Position numbers and translations under genes: made by a program. From Selaginella moellendorffii (taxonomy: Eukaryota > Plantae > Lycopodiophyta): a stretch of DNA of 13,762 bases. The DNA lies in assembly GCF_000143415.4 (NCBI RefSeq), contig NW_003314546.1, forward strand, positions 1 through 13,762. Direction: 5' to 3'. The notes beneath the pieces are model-generated. The model saw nothing but the letters and a program-made list of their open reading frames with translations. It was not told where the DNA came from and searched no databases. Positions 9,502 through 13,762 of the stretch are shown here, piece after piece (position 1 is the stretch's first letter; each line of letters begins with the position of its first letter).

Positions 9502-9574
9502 CTGAATTAAAACCGTGAAAAATAAAACAAAACTTGAGTTTGTGAGCACACTAAAATAAATAAATTTGTGAGCT

Positions 9575-10775
9575 TCAAGTGGATTTATTTAAGTCTACTA
9601 CATAAGTAATGAGAATGTTTCTAAGTTTTGTAGCAGTGACATGAGGCTCCGGTCGCTAGCCTTGTGTTTGATTAGTCACTGGCTCAAGCTCAATGTCTAT
9701 TTCCCCTATGTCACCTATACCAATAATGAAGTTATATAGAATGCAAGCTGTTTTTATGGCAACTGTTAGCTGAGTGATGGTCTAAACATCCTCTAATGAC
9801 CTTTAAGCAATCCAAAACTTCTCTCACATACCATTCTCAAAGACGACAAGTAAAAGTTGAATGTTTCCTTCAATTTAGTTCCATTTGCACTTGGAAATGG
9901 TTTAACCATGGAAGCTTGTAGTATCCCGAGTCTCCAATGATATACTCCCAAAATTGGTATTGGCCTCTTAAGACTATTGGTAAGTTAAGAATCTCACCTG
10001 ATTGAGCTCTTTTGTATAATGAACTCTTTCTCAAAATAGTTATGCCATTGCAACTCTTAGGATCTCCAACTCAAATATCCAAAAACCTTGCTTCACTATC
10101 AATGATTGCTTGCATGACAATTGAGTTATCTTTGTCCTTGTTGTAATAATTACTTGCAAAAGTGTTTCCAGGAAGTTCAACTTCGAAATGTGTGCAGTTA
10201 ATTGCACCATAGCAATTCAAGAAGCCACAAAATCTCTCAAAACCTATTTTTATTACTGACAGATCTACTGGCCATAAAAGAAATTGTCCTAGATGCTGGG
10301 ATGTTGAGTTGGAGAACTTCTAACAATACTTCCAGACTATTGCTTTAGAAACACCAAAATGCTCTATCAAACTAGCAAAAGAATCACTTAAACCTAATCT
10401 CCGTAAAGCAATGGCAACTTGTTTACCAACAAGAACATATCTAGATGGAATGTTTTTCAAATTTGGAGGCAGTGCTGTTTGCATTAACAGAGTAACAAAT
10501 TCGCAGATTGTCATAAACTGCTCCTCAGAAACTCTGAAGAACTCTCTCCACCTTGTTGAATCTTGCATTCCAACCTCATCCACCCAATGATGAAACCAAT
10601 GAAGAGACCTTGGTCTGATATAGAAATCTCCCTTTTGAAAGAAGTTCAATTGCAACTAACTCCTAACTACTACTAAGCACATGTGATGTTACACTAGCAC
10701 TAATTGTTGGTAAAGAGTAGCTTCAAGCCTCTAGAGGTACATGCATTTTGCATTGTGATTTAGGCACAAAGGCAT
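9575..10775 (-). pseudogene. PIF/Harbinger (HARBI1/ALP1-like, DDE_Tnp_4) transposase, inactivated
   Basis: WREFFRVSEEQF, KQVAIALRRL, FGVSKAIV, LWP, GFLNCYGAINCTH (first catalytic D changed to N at 10197-10199), YYNKDKDNSIVMQAIID, YIIGDSGY, FNFYLSSLRMVCERSFGLLKG, ACILYNF. Putative ATG at 10775 and stop at 9575; several internal stops and at least one frameshift (~9903). Confidence 0.93.
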
Positions 10776-11005
10776 TTCCTGAGTTAGGAATTGAGATCAG
10801 AATTTCTCCCGGTTTAAATTCCTGACTTGGATGACTGGGCATATAGTGGTTATATAGGCTGGTGATAGCACTCTAGACATATCCCCTTTTTGTCTTTTAT
10901 ATCCTTGTCCATAATAACATACACTCCACTTGCTCAACATCTACTCTTTTCTTCCATGCCTATCTTACTCATTGCCTTTTGGGGATTAAGGCTATGAGAT
11001 GTAGA

Positions 11006-11034
11006 TTAATCTCAGCATCAACATCTTTGTAGCA
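11006..11034 (-). repeat. Candidate right terminal inverted repeat
   Basis: Partner of 6291-6321; the outer ~9 bp match only partly (TTTGTAGCA vs CAATGGAGCC). Confidence 0.35.
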
Positions 11035-11135
11035 ACACATGGCTAAGTATTTCTTTCCTTTTTATGTTTAGATCTAGTTTAGATTAGAGAGGATTCACAA
11101 GATCATTGTAGAGGTGATTTTGTAGTTCTCCACTT

Positions 11136-11152
11136 TGGCAACCACGGTGGGA
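11136..11152 (+). promoter_or_regulatory. Primer-binding site, tRNA-Arg(UCG) type
   Basis: TGGCAACCACGGTGGGA follows CA (11131-11132) plus 3 nt. It is near-complementary to the recalled plant tRNA-Arg(UCG) 3' end (TGGCGACCACRGTGGGA), with one G>A at a CpG. Confidence 0.75.
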
Positions 11153-11245
11153 TAGGAGAAGTGAAGAGTACCCAAAGAACAAAGACTGGAAGCCCTAGCC
11201 ACAACTAAAAGAAGAAGCCAAAGTCAAGAATCAAGGGAAAAATTG

Positions 11246-11293
11246 AAAAAAAAAAAACAAAAAAAACAAAAAGAAGAAAACAAAACGAAAAAG
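11246..11293 (+). repeat. A-rich low-complexity tract
   Basis: A12-C-A8-C-A5-GAAGAAAACAAAACGAAAAAG directly before the ATG at 11294. Confidence 0.85.
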
Positions 11294-13250
11294 ATGACAA
11301 AAACCTACAGTAAGAAGCATGGCAATTATGCTAGAGACTAAGTGCTTGAAAACTACAATCATCTAGTGGTCACCCACTTCTTAAAAAGTCCAAGCATCTT
11401 CCATAACCGCCTATTGGTGAGAGGTTGAAGATAAAGAATATTCTATAGATCAGAATATTTGAAGAATCTTCGACAAGAATTCAAAGCAAGCAAGTGCTAA
11501 TGAGCATGAAAACATGAAGAACACTTGAAAATTGAAGCCATCCAAGTCATGGAAAACTTGGAGTGTGAGCTTAATCGTTTTTAGTGAGAGATTGAAGAAA
11601 ATGAATATATCAGGAATCTGCGACAAAGAAACAATCAAAGAAAAATTTTAGTGGCTGGAGATGGAGGAAGAATAAAAGAGCACGATTGCCCATTTGGAGA
11701 CACAAGCTATACAAGATACAAAGACTGCCTTTTGTGTGGTTTCAGAAATTGTGCAAAATCATACAAGCAATGTTATCCAAAATGGTGATGTGACACTTGC
11801 AAGCAAGCAAAAGCAAGACTCCGACTCAGGGATGAAAATGCCACAGCGGCTGAGAGAAAGAAACGAGAAAAAATAGCCCAAGAATACAACGTCAAAAAGA
11901 GTGACGAAAGTTTAGAAAAAGGAGAGAAACAAAGCTTCAATTGTTTTCTAAAACTCCAAGAAACACTTTTGTGACTCTTTTACAAATTGTCTAGCAAATA
12001 GGAAGAATGCGAAAATGAGGAAATGTTGAAAGAAAAATATGTTTACTTTGATTTCTTTGCAATTCGAAGAACCCTGACTTGGGTGAATCGTGGACACTTC
12101 TTTCAACAAACAAATATCGAATTCTTAGGCATACATAAACATGAAACTTTTCAACCATTAACGCTTGTTTTCAACACTGATTTGACAAGAGTTATAATAG
12201 TGTGAAACCTTTGAACCACAAATTCGTTGGTTTGTTGACACAATTAGATTTAGAGGTTTTGAAGAGAATGCAAAATTACTTTACTAACTTTTTCAAAGTC
12301 CTCTAGGTGTAATGCTACCAACAAGCACTCTTAATGAACTATACACTATAGCATATTGGCATTATTTAGGACGGATGAGAATAGTTGGAGAATTAAGAAA
12401 TCAAGAACAGGGCAATCAACAAATTCGAATTAGGAATTTGAGTTCAAGAAACCGACGAGAACCTAAACTTGAGTCAAGTTCAAGGGAATGTCTTTAAAGT
12501 TCAAGGATTGCGAATCGAAAGAGGAGAAATTTAAGATGGAATCACAATGGGCCAAAAAATACATATCACTGGCAACCAACAAGGAAGAGTGCGTCCAAGA
12601 AATCTCAACATTTTAAGGAGTATTTTAGGAGATCCTGTATCAAGATTACAAATTTATAATGCAAGAATATTAATTGAGACTATACCTTGGGAAGTTCGCG
12701 AAGCGATCAACTCTAATTGTGAAAGAGAACATGCTATATGACAGAGGGAAGTAGAACAAAACCGGCAAGTACGATATCAGGGAAATGCACCATCACAAAA
12801 TTGACCATAGAGAAAAGCATGCTAGATAGATTTGCGCACACATAGGCTTAAAGCAACAAGAATCTATTGGAAACCATACTTTGACGTGTGGACGTCACTT
12901 GAGACAAGAAACATACAAGAATTAAGACATTAAAAATACAACCACTACTGTATTCAGCATTTTCAAATCTTACCAACGACTGGGAAACACAAAAGCTCAT
13001 AGTGAGAGCTCGCATTCCAAAACAACCAACACATTGTAAGAGATCAAAACAATTTTTCAAGATTGGACTACTAAAGAGAATTGCAATCGTTTGCATACCT
13101 ACTTAATCCCAAAGTTGGCGAGTAGTATCCAAATTTACTAGCGAACAGCTAAATCAATCAATTTATGACAAAACAGACCTCCTTCCAACAAACAAAATCA
13201 TGCTTACTTACACTATCAGATTTTTCAAATACAAGACCTTTCCTAAGCTA
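11294..13250 (+). pseudogene. Decayed long ORF of unknown function downstream of the PBS
   Basis: The frame from ATG 11294 runs (with stops) into ORF 12023..12205, then shifts to 12312..12497 and 12547..12741 and beyond. It has an in-frame internal repeat (EYLKNLRQ/EYIRNLRQ, 150 bp apart) and a Cys cluster at 11681-11800. The end is approximate. Confidence 0.45.
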
Positions 13251-13310
13251 GACTCAGGAAAGTGACCTCAGGATGAAACTTGGGAAGAATCGAGAAAGAA
13301 AAACTCGATT

Positions 13311-13399
13311 GAAGACTCAAGACACAAGAGCTTGACTTTGCATTTATACTACAAAACAAAACTTGCAGAAGACTCAAGATACAAGAGCTTGACTTTGCA
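13311..13399 (+). repeat. 32-bp direct repeat, period 57
   Basis: GAAGACTCAAGA(C/T)ACAAGAGCTTGACTTTGCA at 13311-13342 and 13368-13399 (1 mismatch); partial third copy GACTCAAGATA near 13420. Confidence 0.9.
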
Positions 13400-13762
13400 A
13401 TCTATGAAGAATAACAATTGACTCAAGATAACTTAGGCAAAACACAAATTCAAGAAACTTACCTTAACATTCAAGTTAAGAAAAATCAGCAAACTGAATG
13501 TACAAATAGAAACCAGACCCAATCAAGATCCAGGAAAGAGATCTTTGACAAAAGAATCGAGAAGTGAAAAAGGAAGAGGTAGTAAAAGAGAAATTAGAAT
13601 AACAATAGCAATAAATTTTAGAAACGATTTTAAACAAATATGACAAAGAGGATAAACAAATTCAAGTTGCCGAGTCGAGCAACCTAGTTAAAGATAACAA
13701 AGAACTGAATATCAAAGACACCCCAGAGTTTGAGACATTTGAAGAAGTAGAATGCACAGCAC

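Larger units (their letters stand above)
6291..11034. mobile_element. Degenerate PIF/Harbinger DNA transposon carrying extra sequence; boundaries tentative
   Basis: It contains the canonical pair of a Myb/SANT-like ORF (7588-8560, +) and a DDE transposase (9575-10775, -). The ends rest only on an imperfect inverted repeat (6291-6321 vs 11006-11034); no clean TWA target-site duplication. Confidence 0.6.
11035..13762 (+). mobile_element. 5' part of a probable Tat/Ogre-lineage gypsy LTR retrotransposon (3' end of the 5' LTR to ~11132, PBS, long pre-gag region)
   Basis: CA-nnn-TGG PBS, an A-rich leader and strong A/purine strand bias over 2.6 kb. Arg PBS and extra 5' ORFs are known in Tat/Ogre. 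No gag/pol motif recognised in the window and the LTR start is not located. Confidence 0.55.

Noticed and set aside
9575-10775. Domesticated ALP1/HARBI1 host gene
   Set aside because: Multiple stops, a frameshift and a linked decayed Myb-like ORF indicate a dead transposon.
11136-11152. tRNA gene
   Set aside because: Only 17 nt complementary to a tRNA 3' end including CCA, with no cloverleaf; this is a PBS.
13311-13399. CRISPR-like repeat-spacer-repeat (32-bp repeat, 25-bp spacer)
   Set aside because: Only two full copies, no cas genes, and the context is spliced eukaryotic DNA.

Overview
Eukaryotic, plant nuclear DNA with no intact gene. Very short (44-71 bp) introns and a tandem 31-aa SS-type PPR array suggest a lycophyte such as Selaginella (inference). 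From left to right: (1) a decayed Ty3/gypsy element on the minus strand (gag-PR-RT-RH-start of INT, 1-2526) whose RT catalytic core is deleted in frame. (2) Fused to it with no LTR in between, the 3' part of a spliced SEC16 pseudogene (2527-4163). (3) A PLS-E class PPR pseudogene (4395-5803). (4) A decayed PIF/Harbinger transposon (~6291-11034, ends tentative) with a trihelix/Myb-like ORF (+) converging on a HARBI1-type transposase (-). An intron-containing CYP26-2 cyclophilin fragment and other exon-like pieces sit between the two ORFs, and a possible third spliced ORF lies upstream. (5) The 5' part of a probable Tat/Ogre-type LTR retrotransposon (tRNA-Arg PBS at 11136), followed by a long, decayed, non-gag ORF with a Cys-rich motif. 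The most interesting items are the gene-carrying 'Pack-Harbinger' and the unassigned retroelement ORF. All calls come from manual translation and recalled motifs; no searches were run.
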